This document shows, one piece after another, positions 43,163 through 52,917 of a stretch of DNA of 64,000 nucleotides (position 1 is the first letter of the stretch; each line of letters starts with the position of its first letter). The DNA is taken from positions 4,503 through 68,502 of the forward strand of contig JBAXGO010000001.1 of NCBI GenBank assembly GCA_037139335.1, in the 5' to 3' direction. Under the pieces are notes generated by a model that did not search any database, had not been told where the DNA came from, and saw only the letters and a list, made by a program, of their open reading frames with translations. This DNA comes from a bacterium (GTDB lineage: Bacteria; Patescibacteriota; Dojkabacteria; JAOAGR01; JBAXGO01). Both the position numbers and the translations under genes were made by a program.

Positions 43163-43588
43163 TTATTCAGTAATATTTAAACCAATGCTTTTTGCTGTTC
43201 CGACTACCATAGCCAGTGCAGAATCCATGTTTTTTGTATTCATATCTTTTAGTTTCATTTCTGCTACTTTTTTCAAAATATCCATACTTACTGATCCAAC
43301 CTTTGTTTTGTTAGGTGTACCAGAACCTTTGGCTAATGAAATTTCCTTCTTTATTAAATCAGCAGTTGGAGGAGTTTTTGTAATGAATGTATATGTTCTG
43401 TCTTCGAATACAGTCACTATTACAGGTATTGTTAATCCATCCATGTTTGCTGTCAAAGCGTTGAAAGCATTACAGAATTCCATAATGTTTAACCCGTGTT
43501 GACCTAATGCTGGTCCTACAGGAGGAGCTGGATTAGCCTTTCCTGCTGTAATCTGAAACTTTATTGTTGCTTTTATTTTTTTTGCCAT
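43163..43588 (-). CDS. rplK: 50S ribosomal protein L11
   Basis: [18 protein letters not shown]. Confidence 0.98.
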   Translation of the reverse strand: MAKKIKATIKFQITAGKANPAPPVGPALGQHGLNIMEFCNAFNALTANMDGLTIPVIVTVFEDRTYTFITKTPPTADLIKKEISLAKGSGTPNKTKVGSVSMDILKKVAEMKLKDMNTKNMDSALAMVVGTAKSIGLNITE

Positions 43589-43590
43589 AA

Positions 43591-44136
43591 TTAAATCTTT
43601 TCAATTTCTAAAATATCTAATGTTACAGGAACTTCTCTACCTAAGAAATGAAGTTTCACTGTAACTTTTCCTTTTTCTTCATTAATAGTATCTATTATAC
43701 CAGTGTATTCTTTGAAGTTGCCATTCTTTACTTTTACTGTATCTCCAGGTGTTATGTTGGTCTTTAATACTGGTTGTTGTAATTTAGAGAATTTAATAAT
43801 TGCATCAGCTTGTAAGTCTGTAACTGCTGATGGCTTTTTTTCTGTTCCTACAAAAGAGGTTACTCCTGGTGTATCTCTTACGATTGCCCAAGTATCTTCA
43901 CCCAAGACCATATGTATTAAAATATAACCTGGTAGAATTTTCTCTGTTGCATCTTTCTTTTTACCATTCTTGATCTGAGTTACATTTCTAGTTGGTGTTA
44001 CAATTTCTTGTATTAATTCGCCTAGACCTGCATTGTCAGCTCTCTGTTTAATTAATTCGGAAACTTTGTGTTCATGTCCTGAATGAGTATAAAGGACATA
44101 CCACGCGAATTTTCCCTTGTTCTTATTAAGTATCAT
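43591..44136 (-). CDS. nusG: Transcription factor NusG
   Basis: [29 protein letters not shown] domain. Confidence 0.97.
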   Translation of the reverse strand: MILNKNKGKFAWYVLYTHSGHEHKVSELIKQRADNAGLGELIQEIVTPTRNVTQIKNGKKKDATEKILPGYILIHMVLGEDTWAIVRDTPGVTSFVGTEKKPSAVTDLQADAIIKFSKLQQPVLKTNITPGDTVKVKNGNFKEYTGIIDTINEEKGKVTVKLHFLGREVPVTLDILEIEKI

Positions 44137-44378
44137 TTATTTATAAAGTAAAAACATTTGGATATTATCTGGTCTACGCCATATACTAAAGATGCGGTTA
44201 CGACAGAGAATAATATAACAAAAGCGGCGACTTTTACAGTCTGCCAATATGTCATCCAGTCTACTGTTTTTAGCTCCTTATAGGTAGCTATTCCGTAAGG
44301 AATTAGTGTTAAGCGAAATAAACCTTTTGCGGTTTTCTTCAGCAATTTTTTTAAGTTAAATTTCTTTATTTTTTTCAT
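44133..44378 (-). CDS. secE: Preprotein translocase SecE
   Basis: ELKTVDW motif plus single TM; lies between tRNA-Trp and nusG. Confidence 0.88.
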   Translation of the reverse strand: MKKIKKFNLKKLLKKTAKGLFRLTLIPYGIATYKELKTVDWMTYWQTVKVAAFVILFSVVTASLVYGVDQIISKCFYFINK

Positions 44379-44515
44379 TGTAACAATTGAAAAGCGTTTT
44401 TGTACTTAGAGCGATGTATTGTATGGTTTTTTATTTATTTTTGCAAGATATGCGTGGGGAGTGGGATAGTTAGGAATTGGGGCAAGTTAACAATTAAAAA
44501 TTATAGTACCAAAGC

Positions 44516-44589
44516 TGGCACGGGCGGAAGGACTCGAACCTCCAGGAGCGGTTTTGGAGACCACCCGTTTACCATTAACGGACGCCCGC
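44516..44589 (-). tRNA. tRNA-Trp (CCA)
   Basis: Minus-strand cloverleaf, anticodon loop CTCCAAA, discriminator G, encoded CCA. Confidence 0.92.
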
Positions 44590-44677
44590 ATGCACAATGA
44601 TTATAATGTAAAAAATGAGAAATTAGAAATTTATGCTTTCTTGACATCTGATTCTAATTTCTCACCTCTTTGTTTTA

Positions 44678-44753
44678 TGGAGCTGAAGATGGGACTCGGA
44701 CCCATGACCTTTCCCTTACCATGGGAATGCTCTACCAGCTGAGCTACTCCAGC
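44678..44753 (-). tRNA. tRNA-Thr (GGT)
   Basis: Minus-strand cloverleaf, anticodon GGT, encoded CCA. Confidence 0.92.
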
Positions 44754-44805
44754 ATATGAAAAAAATGCTCATTTAGACAATTTTTTTATTTCTGGCAGTC
44801 AACAG

Positions 44806-44881
44806 TGGAGCCGAAGGCGGGACTCGAACCCGCGACTTGCTGTTTACAAAACAGCTACTCTACCAACTGAGTTACTTCGGC
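44806..44881 (-). tRNA. tRNA-Thr (TGT)
   Basis: Minus-strand cloverleaf, anticodon loop TTTGTAA, encoded CCA. Confidence 0.95.
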
Positions 44882-44977
44882 ACTAATAAAGAGCATATTA
44901 TCAGGAAAATCATGATAAAAAAAGAACCTCATTCTTACAACAGTCTTTATATCGTAAAAATAAAAAATTTTCAATAG

Positions 44978-45124
44978 GTCACCTTGGTGAGGGTATGATA
45001 CTGAACGATGTTCTTACGAACAGTCGATTAGGATTTCTCAAAATAACCACGGTTATGTTGGGTTATCCACTCTAAATTGGTGTAGAACAATTTTTCTATG
45101 CATCAAAATTCACACCAAAGTGAC
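44978..45124 (-). ncRNA. 6S-like structured RNA candidate (strand tentative)
   Basis: 12-bp closing stem GTCACCTTGGTG/CACCAAAGTGAC, central bubble, inner stems; minus-strand TAAAAT -10 at 45130-45135. Confidence 0.45.
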
Positions 45125-45357
45125 GGTATATTTTAACGTATTTTACTTAGGAGTACCATATAATAATTAAGTTGTATTAATTCTACATATTTTTAATAAT
45201 GTATAAGATTCTTATCTTTAAGACAGTTTATGCAACATTAGTAATTGTTTCAGGATGAATTGGTAGTATAAAGTGAATGATTAAGTAAATTATATGCATA
45301 TTGAAAAAAAAATCGTTTTGGTATATCCTCATCCCATAGTAATTAATTTGATATATC

Positions 45358-45609
45358 ATGTCCAAGGTATGTGCATTTTGTGGTAAGGGTGGCGTAAAAC
45401 GCAACAACGGTAGACATACCAGCCATAATAAAAAGAAAACATTCGCAAATAGAGGTCCTCGTGGTTTAGATGCTGTAAAGCATTCTGAAAGCGTAAAGCC
45501 AAATTTTCGAGAAGTTCGTTTAGTAAAAGGTTCGCCTAAAGTAGTTTCTTGTATGAGATGTTATAAATCTCTTAAGGATTCTGTATTAAGTTTAACAGCT
45601 GAGAAATAA
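45358..45609 (+). CDS. rpmB: 50S ribosomal protein L28
   Basis: MSKVCAFCGK..KPNFR..SCMRCYK. Confidence 0.85.
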   Translation: MSKVCAFCGKGGVKRNNGRHTSHNKKKTFANRGPRGLDAVKHSESVKPNFREVRLVKGSPKVVSCMRCYKSLKDSVLSLTAEK

Positions 45610-45633
45610 TTTGATATCTGCAACCATTTAGCT

Positions 45634-46695
45634 ATGCCAAGAGATTTAATAGATTTTTTTTGGAAACTCTTCACAGATGATATTGGTATAGATTTGGGAA
45701 CTGCAAATACTAAGATTGCCCTGCGAAACGAGGGGATTGTGGCTACCGAACCAACTGTAGTTGCAATTAACAAGAAAACTAAACAAATATTAAGTGTTGG
45801 CACTGAAGCCAAAAAAATGATTGGCAGGACTCCTGCCAACATTATTGCCATACGTCCTCTAAAAGATGGAGTAGTGTCCGATTTTGACGCTACCCGTGAT
45901 ATGATTCAGCATTTTATAGAATTAGCTTATGGCCGTTCTACAAAAATAATTAAAATTCCTCGTCCTAGAGTTGTTATTGGTATACCTTCCACAGCTACTG
46001 AAGTTGGCAAAAAAGCGGTCAAAGATGCTGCTAAAAGTGCAGGTGCTAGACAAGCATTTGTTATAGAAGAACCAATGGCTGCCGCTATAGGTGCTGGTCT
46101 TCCAATAACCGAACCTCAAGGAAGCATGATAGTTGATATTGGTGGTGGTACTACTGACATAGCGATAATTTCACTAGGAGGTATTGTTGTTGATAAAACA
46201 ATACAAATTGCTGGTGATGAGATGGATCAAGAAATCGTTAATTATGTTCGACATAAATATAATATTATTATTGGTGAAAGAATAGCTGAAGATATCAAAA
46301 TCAAGATAGGTTCTGCATATGAAACAGGTGATAATAAAACAGCAGAAGTAAGAGGACGAGATCTGGTTGATGGCATGCCAAAAGTTTTGATATTAACATC
46401 ACTTGAAATTAGAGAAGCCATAACAGTACAACTAAAGGCTATCACAGAAGCTATTTCTATAGCCTTGGAAGAAGCCCCTCCAGAACTCTTATCAGATATT
46501 GGTGAAAAGGGAATTATTTTAGCAGGTGGTGGAGCCATGATTCCAGGTCTTGCCAAATTTTGTGAGGAACGTGTTAAAATCAAATGTATAGTAGCTGATG
46601 ATCCTATTACATGTGTTGTAAAAGGCACTCAGATGCTACTTGAAGATATTGATTTGCTTTCAAAAGTCCAAGTAGATAAGGATGAACTTATATAA
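45634..46695 (+). CDS. mreB: Rod shape-determining protein MreB
   Basis: IDLGTANT, IEEPMAAAIGAG, VDIGGGTTD, LAGGGA. Confidence 0.97.
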   Translation: MPRDLIDFFWKLFTDDIGIDLGTANTKIALRNEGIVATEPTVVAINKKTKQILSVGTEAKKMIGRTPANIIAIRPLKDGVVSDFDATRDMIQHFIELAYGRSTKIIKIPRPRVVIGIPSTATEVGKKAVKDAAKSAGARQAFVIEEPMAAAIGAGLPITEPQGSMIVDIGGGTTDIAIISLGGIVVDKTIQIAGDEMDQEIVNYVRHKYNIIIGERIAEDIKIKIGSAYETGDNKTAEVRGRDLVDGMPKVLILTSLEIREAITVQLKAITEAISIALEEAPPELLSDIGEKGIILAGGGAMIPGLAKFCEERVKIKCIVADDPITCVVKGTQMLLEDIDLLSKVQVDKDELI

Positions 46696-47467
46696 AAGTC
46701 CTAAAATAAATAATATCAGAGGAATACTTTTTGTATTATGTTTAGTTATCGTTTTACTCTCTTATGCGGGATTTTTCCGTATTATTCCTATACTAGATAT
46801 TTTTTCAACTACTATTGGGCAAACTATTACTGATATGAAAAAAGCATCGTCAAGTTTTTTTTCAAAATTTGAAGACAATGAAAAATTAGTGACAGAAAAT
46901 ATAGAACTAAGGAAAGAAATTATCAAAAAGGATGTAGATATTCAAAATATTAAAGATAGTGTTAAAGATCTTGAATCTGTAAAAAAATTACTAAACTTTT
47001 ATAATCCCAAAGCGGATATTATAGTAACTAAAAATATTTCTATTGTGCCATCAGATAAAGTTCCAGTTAAGATTACTATCGATAAAGGATTGAAGAATGG
47101 AATTAAAGAAGGGAAGGCTGTTTTTAACGATAGTGGTAGTTTAATCGGAAAAATATATGTAGCTAGAGAATATAGTTCTGATATTTTGCCATATTATGTA
47201 ATTGATAATATTAAATTACCTATAAAAAGTACTTCGACATCGACCGCTTTAGTCGATGGATATAAGGACGGGCTTGTTGTTTGTACAGATATAGGATTGG
47301 AAACAACAGTTAAGGAAGGGGATTTATTTTTCACTTCTTCTTTAGGAGATCAGGTTTCAGAAGGTATATATGTAGGGAAAGTTGTGAAAATTTCTGCGGA
47401 CGACAAAAAGAAATTTTATCTAGAAGCTGATATCTTAAATGTTGATATTTTGTACGTATATCTATGA
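46682..47467 (+). CDS. mreC: MreC
   Basis: TM, coiled coil, ITIDKG..GIKEG, GDLFFTS; follows mreB. Confidence 0.9.
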   Translation: MNLYKSPKINNIRGILFVLCLVIVLLSYAGFFRIIPILDIFSTTIGQTITDMKKASSSFFSKFEDNEKLVTENIELRKEIIKKDVDIQNIKDSVKDLESVKKLLNFYNPKADIIVTKNISIVPSDKVPVKITIDKGLKNGIKEGKAVFNDSGSLIGKIYVAREYSSDILPYYVIDNIKLPIKSTSTSTALVDGYKDGLVVCTDIGLETTVKEGDLFFTSSLGDQVSEGIYVGKVVKISADDKKKFYLEADILNVDILYVYL

Positions 47468-47919
47468 TACTAAAAGTTTTTATAATTATATTATTTCTTT
47501 TATGGGGATTTGTTGATAAATCTATGGATTTACAACTTTTCGGATATAGTCTTTTTATAGGTCAATTCGTATATTTATCACTTTTATTAATTCTTAGAAA
47601 TAAGGATTTTTACTCAATATGTGGTTTTTTTTATTTCTTATCATTAGGATCAAGTTTGAATATCATTGGTTTTTTGCCTCTGATGATGCTAATTCTTGAA
47701 TCAATATTTTTTCTTGCTATAACTTTTTTATATTCAAAAAATAGAACTATATATTTTATTATTTGTCTTGTATTCTTTATTCTTAATTATTTTTTGACTA
47801 TATATCTTATGAGTGATTATAGGATGAATTTGTCGTATAATATTTTTATAGTCCTTATCCTCGTAGGACTCGTTGGTGGTGCAATATCAATATTCTCACA
47901 TAAACCTAATGAAAGATAA
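47464..47919 (+). CDS. Multi-TM protein, probable MreD
   Basis: 151-aa hydrophobic protein between mreC and PBP2; called by position only. Confidence 0.55.
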   Translation: MILKVFIIILFLLWGFVDKSMDLQLFGYSLFIGQFVYLSLLLILRNKDFYSICGFFYFLSLGSSLNIIGFLPLMMLILESIFFLAITFLYSKNRTIYFIICLVFFILNYFLTIYLMSDYRMNLSYNIFIVLILVGLVGGAISIFSHKPNER

Positions 47920-49747
47920 GATCTTTACTACAATATTAACGCTTGTGCTACTTTTTGTTGTTGCTCTGTCTTCATTTAATATACAAATGATACAAGGTGC
48001 ACAATTAAGGAATGATTCTGTGTCAAAATTCAGAATGGAATATATTAAAGCTTCAAGAGGTCTAATATTTGATCGAAACGGCAAACCACTTGTTCAAAAT
48101 AAATCATCATTTACATTATATTTAGAACCCTTAGTTATATCAGATTATAACCAGTTAAAAGCATCTATAACATCTATTGAAACATCAGAAATCGAATATA
48201 TCGATAAAAAATATAATGAAGTTTTGGATATTCAAAAATTTAACAATGGTTTAGTAGGCAATGACAAAAAAAATGAAAAAATTATTCCAGATAGAATACT
48301 AATTGATAAAAATTTTAACAATCCTATCTTTATAACTCAATATTTATCTGATCCTTCAAGATACAAAGGATTAAGGCTTGAAGAAGAATCACAAAGAGTA
48401 TATCTGCAAAAGGAATTAACAGCTCATTTGATCGGTTATACTGGAGAAGTTGTTGATGAGATTAATCTTGGTTATAGACCAAATACTGAAATAGGAAAAG
48501 CTGGCGTTGAATTATCATATGACTCACTTCTTCGTGGAAATGATGGCAAAGTTTCCGTGGATACTGATACTCAAAAAAGAAATATTGAATCATCTCCAGT
48601 TAATGGTAAAAACTTATACTTATCTGTAGATATTGATATTCAAAAGAGCTTATATGATATTTTGAAATCAGGTATGGAAGAATATAAGGCGACAGGTGCT
48701 GCAGGACTTTTACAGGATGTTAATACAGGAGAAGTTTTGGCTTATATATCACTTCCTTCTTATGATGATAATTTATTTGTTGGTGGAATTGGTAATAATG
48801 ATTTTGATAAATTAAATAAAGATCCGAATTCTCCAATGCTGGATAGAATTATTGATGGCACGTATCCTCCAGGTTCAGACTTCAAATTGAATACGGCAAC
48901 AGCTTTGCTGGAAACTGGTTCTATAACCAAAGATACTATGTTTCCTACTGGTGGATTATTTAAATTTGGTGATGTTACATTTAGAGATTTTTCAAATATT
49001 AATCAAGGAACGCTCGATGTTGTAGGTGGTTTGTGTAGGTCAAGTAATATCTTTTTTATGAAATCCACTCTTCAAATGGATGACTATACCAAGGGACTGG
49101 CTATTAATAAAATTATTGAATATGGATCCCGATATGGCTTAGGTAAAAAAACTGGTATCGATATGCCTGAAGGTTATCCTGGATATATTTCATCTCCTTC
49201 AATTAAAAAAGAATTAACAGGTGAAGAATGGCTCACAGGAGATTTATTAAATGCTTCAATCGGACAAGGGTATACTTTATTATCACCAATACAAGTGCAG
49301 ACAATGGTTACTGCAATTGCAAATGGAGGTAATGTTCTGCAACCTAGAGTTGTAATGGCTACGAATGATAGTCTTGAGGATAGTACAAAGACAAAAACCT
49401 CGCCAATTATAAGAAATAGTATTAATGTTTCAAAAAACACTTTAGATATTATTAAAGAAGGTATGTATTGTGGTGTGCATACTGGAATTATTCAGGATAT
49501 GAATTCATCGTTTGTACAAGTAGCTGCTAAATCTGGAACGGCTGAATTTGGTGCTCCAGATCCTGCTACTGGAGCTTATCCTAATAGGCATGGGTGGGTA
49601 ACAGGTTATTTCCCATATGATAATCCCAAATATTCATTTACATTACTTTTAGAGAAAGGGGGAAGCAGTGGTAATACAGTTAAAGTCGCTAGAAAGTTTA
49701 TAGATTGGCTTTATAAAGATTATAAAATTAATGAGAAAATAAAATGA
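47909..49747 (+). CDS. mrdA: Penicillin-binding protein 2
   Basis: RGLIFDRNG, PPGSDFK (SxxK), SSN, KSGTAE; start taken at in-frame ATG 47909. Confidence 0.93.
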   Translation: MKDKIFTTILTLVLLFVVALSSFNIQMIQGAQLRNDSVSKFRMEYIKASRGLIFDRNGKPLVQNKSSFTLYLEPLVISDYNQLKASITSIETSEIEYIDKKYNEVLDIQKFNNGLVGNDKKNEKIIPDRILIDKNFNNPIFITQYLSDPSRYKGLRLEEESQRVYLQKELTAHLIGYTGEVVDEINLGYRPNTEIGKAGVELSYDSLLRGNDGKVSVDTDTQKRNIESSPVNGKNLYLSVDIDIQKSLYDILKSGMEEYKATGAAGLLQDVNTGEVLAYISLPSYDDNLFVGGIGNNDFDKLNKDPNSPMLDRIIDGTYPPGSDFKLNTATALLETGSITKDTMFPTGGLFKFGDVTFRDFSNINQGTLDVVGGLCRSSNIFFMKSTLQMDDYTKGLAINKIIEYGSRYGLGKKTGIDMPEGYPGYISSPSIKKELTGEEWLTGDLLNASIGQGYTLLSPIQVQTMVTAIANGGNVLQPRVVMATNDSLEDSTKTKTSPIIRNSINVSKNTLDIIKEGMYCGVHTGIIQDMNSSFVQVAAKSGTAEFGAPDPATGAYPNRHGWVTGYFPYDNPKYSFTLLLEKGGSSGNTVKVARKFIDWLYKDYKINEKIK

Positions 49748-50793
49748 ATGATGAAGATTATATAAATCTTTATTTGCGTTCGTTTGATGGCATCGGTCCC
49801 AAAACTCTTAAAAAAGCACAAAATACTTGTACAGGTGAAAAATTGATAGAATATTTTCATCATACAGAGTCGTCTATTTCATTCAAAGATTATAAAAACT
49901 GGAAACAAAAATTTGTCGAAAATGTGGAAAAACGACATATTGGGATCTTAAATATTGATGATGAAAACTACCCTCAACTATTGAAAAATATTGCAAATCC
50001 TCCTGATTTTATCTTTTACATAGGTAATATCTCCTTGATTAATCAAAAATGTTTTGCCGTTGTTGGATCCAGAAGACCAACAGGGTATGGTGTTAATGCA
50101 ACTAAAGATATAACAAAAGGATTATCAGATTATGGATTTATAATTGTTTCGGGTATGGCACTAGGCATAGACAGTATTTCACATTATTCATCAATACAAA
50201 ATGGTACTATCGCAGTTCTTGGTTGTGGACTGAATTATATATATCCTTCAACAAATGGAATTCTATACAAAAAAATTATTGAAAATAATGGACTAATTAT
50301 TAGTGAACTCTTTCCTGAAATTCTTCCTCATCCAGCCTTGTTTGTGCAGAGAAGTAGGATTATTGCTGGTTTAAGTGAGGGATTGCTTGTAACAGAAGCT
50401 GCTCTGAAAAGCGGTAGTCTTTTGGCATGTAATTTTGCATTTGATGCGGGAAGGAATGTTTACGCTGTTCCAGGAGATATTACAAGAGAAACCTCGCGAG
50501 GCTGTAACATGCTTATTAATCGGAATATTGCCAAATTAGTGACAACAGCTACAGATATTATTGAAGATTATTCAAATGATTATATAAGTACAATTCAAAA
50601 AGCTAACATTAGTAATAATTATTCTGATTTGTCTCAAAAAATTATTAGTTTATTAAAAGAAGGTGTTTCAACGGTCGACTTACTATCGGATTCTATTGGA
50701 TGTGATATTCAAAGTATTTTTTCTGAACTAACAGATTTAGAAATAGCAGGCGTAATAGAGCGGGGGGGTAGTGAAATTTATTTAAAGTTATGA
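49744..50793 (+). CDS. dprA: DNA processing protein DprA
   Basis: AVVGSR, IVSGMALGID, VLGCG, RIIAGLS, VTEA..KSGSL, AVPG; C-terminal winged helix. Confidence 0.95.
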   Translation: MNDEDYINLYLRSFDGIGPKTLKKAQNTCTGEKLIEYFHHTESSISFKDYKNWKQKFVENVEKRHIGILNIDDENYPQLLKNIANPPDFIFYIGNISLINQKCFAVVGSRRPTGYGVNATKDITKGLSDYGFIIVSGMALGIDSISHYSSIQNGTIAVLGCGLNYIYPSTNGILYKKIIENNGLIISELFPEILPHPALFVQRSRIIAGLSEGLLVTEAALKSGSLLACNFAFDAGRNVYAVPGDITRETSRGCNMLINRNIAKLVTTATDIIEDYSNDYISTIQKANISNNYSDLSQKIISLLKEGVSTVDLLSDSIGCDIQSIFSELTDLEIAGVIERGGSEIYLKL

Positions 50794-50873
50794 TATTATG
50801 CGGTAAAACCATTCCACTGTAACCTTCTTACTTTATTTAACCTACAGTGGATCAGACCTATAAGGAGGAAAAA

Positions 50874-51860
50874 ATGGCACAAATAGATAACTCAAAAGAA
50901 ACCATATCAACGTTTCTTGAAGCTGGTCTTCATTTCGGACACCAGACAAATAAGTGGAATCCCAAAAATAAGAAATTTATTTTTGGCGAAAAAAGTGGTA
51001 TTCATATTATTGATGTATCACAAACAGTAAATTATCTCAACGATGCTCTTGAATTTTTGAAGGATGCCTCAACAAAAGGAGATATTTTGTTTGTAGGTAC
51101 CAAAAAACAAGCCCAAGACATTATCAAAGACACGGCAAGACATTTAGGAATGCCTTATGTTATTTCTAGATGGCCAGGTGGTTTATTAACCAATTTTGCT
51201 AGTGTTAGACAGAGAGTTAGAAAAATTAATGAAATTTTGAAATCATTCTCTGAAGGTATCGAAAATAGAACGAAGAAAGAGTTGGTTTTAATGAAAAAAG
51301 AATTAAAAAAGCTTGAAAGATTATATGGTGGTGTCAGAGTAATGGAAAAAAAACCAGTCGCAATATTTGTAGTAGATTCTAAATACGAAAAAAATGCGGT
51401 TAGAGAAGCTATAAAACTAGGTATTCCAGTAGTTGCTTTGCACGATACTAATGCTGATCCTGATTTAATAAAATATCCAATTCCTGGAAATGATGATGCA
51501 ATCAAATCAATTCAATTGATTGCTAACTATGTAAAAGGAGTTGTTGTACAAAGAACAGGTATGCCTGATGATGTTGATTTTGATAAAATTGATGTCGATA
51601 TTCAAAAAATGACAGAAAAGCTTCATACAAAAACTTCAGTAGAAATTGAAGCAGAAAAACCAACTGTTGTAAGAGTAAAAATGACAGATATTGATTCAGA
51701 AAAGAAAACAGAGCAATCGGTTAAAACAAATGTAGCTCCAGTCAAGGAAAATGCATTTAAGCCAAGACGAGAATTTCCTGCAAAGAACGTTGTTGCAGCT
51801 AAACCTCAAGATAAGCCATTTGTAAAAAAAGAAGCTAAAACTGATACAAAAAGCAAATAA
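50874..51860 (+). CDS. rpsB: 30S ribosomal protein S2
   Basis: LEAGLHFGHQ..WNPK, RWPGGLLTN, IPGNDDA; AAGGAGG SD before ATG 50874. Confidence 0.97.
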   Translation: MAQIDNSKETISTFLEAGLHFGHQTNKWNPKNKKFIFGEKSGIHIIDVSQTVNYLNDALEFLKDASTKGDILFVGTKKQAQDIIKDTARHLGMPYVISRWPGGLLTNFASVRQRVRKINEILKSFSEGIENRTKKELVLMKKELKKLERLYGGVRVMEKKPVAIFVVDSKYEKNAVREAIKLGIPVVALHDTNADPDLIKYPIPGNDDAIKSIQLIANYVKGVVVQRTGMPDDVDFDKIDVDIQKMTEKLHTKTSVEIEAEKPTVVRVKMTDIDSEKKTEQSVKTNVAPVKENAFKPRREFPAKNVVAAKPQDKPFVKKEAKTDTKSK

Positions 51861-51881
51861 TTATTTTTAAAATCTCGCAAT

Positions 51882-52379
51882 ATGAAAGTCAGTATAGAAG
51901 ATATCAAACTTTTAAGAGAACAAACTGCAGCAAGTCTTGCTGATGTTAAGTATGCTCTCGAGCAAGCAGAAGGCGATTATGAAAAAGCTTTGAAAGTTTT
52001 GTTTGAAAAAGGTCTTACTTCTGCAACCAAAAAAATGGAAAGAGAAGCCAATCAAGGAATAATTTATTCATATGTTCATAACTTCAGAATTGGAGTAATG
52101 ATTGAATTAAATTGTGAAACCGATTTCGTAGCTCGTAACACAGAATTTGTTGATTTAGCCAAAGATTTGGCAATTCAGATAGTACTTAATGATCCTAAAT
52201 ATATAGATTCATCTGAAGTTGAAGATTCAAAAGAAGATGTCAAAGATTTTGTACTATTAATGCAACCTTATTTTAAGGACTCTAGTATTACTATTGAAGA
52301 ATTGATAAAAAGATCTATTGCAAAATTTGGTGAAAATATTAAAGTAAGAAGATTTTATAAAATGTCATTAGGAATTTGA
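51882..52379 (+). CDS. tsf: Elongation factor Ts (short form)
   Basis: IKLLREQT, ELNCETDFVARN, KFGENIKVRRF. Confidence 0.95.
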   Translation: MKVSIEDIKLLREQTAASLADVKYALEQAEGDYEKALKVLFEKGLTSATKKMEREANQGIIYSYVHNFRIGVMIELNCETDFVARNTEFVDLAKDLAIQIVLNDPKYIDSSEVEDSKEDVKDFVLLMQPYFKDSSITIEELIKRSIAKFGENIKVRRFYKMSLGI

Positions 52380-52383
52380 AATT

Positions 52384-52917
52384 ATGGATACTGCTAAATT
52401 GGATAAAGCTGTTGATTACTTTATTGATCAAATAAAATTTATTCATGCCAGTGGTGGTGGTAATTTGATTTTGGAAGAAGTTAAATGTGATGTTTATAAT
52501 TCCAAAATGAGAATTAAGGAATTAGGCACAGTTAATTCACTTGGTGCTGGTGCATATGTTGTAAATCTTTGGGATATGACCATTGCAGAAGAAGTCAAAA
52601 AATCCATTATGAATTCTATAAACCTTAATGCAAATGTTGATGGAGGAACTTTGAAAGTCGTATTTCCTGCTCCAACTCAAGAAAAAAGATTGGAGCTTGG
52701 AAAGTTAGTTTCAAAATATGCTGAAGACTGTCTAATAGCAATAAGAAATATTCGTCGTGATGAAATGACTCAGATTGATAAAGATTTCAAAGAAAAAATC
52801 ATATCTGAAGATCAGAAAAAAACTTTAGAAAACAAAGTTGAAGATGTTATTAAACAATTCAACAAAAAGGTTGAAGAATTAAAAGGGAAAAAAATAATTG
52901 AAATAAATACAATTTAA
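52384..52917 (+). CDS. frr: Ribosome recycling factor
   Basis: PAPTQEKR.EL.K, AIRNIRRD, ISED. Confidence 0.92.
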   Translation: MDTAKLDKAVDYFIDQIKFIHASGGGNLILEEVKCDVYNSKMRIKELGTVNSLGAGAYVVNLWDMTIAEEVKKSIMNSINLNANVDGGTLKVVFPAPTQEKRLELGKLVSKYAEDCLIAIRNIRRDEMTQIDKDFKEKIISEDQKKTLENKVEDVIKQFNKKVEELKGKKIIEINTI

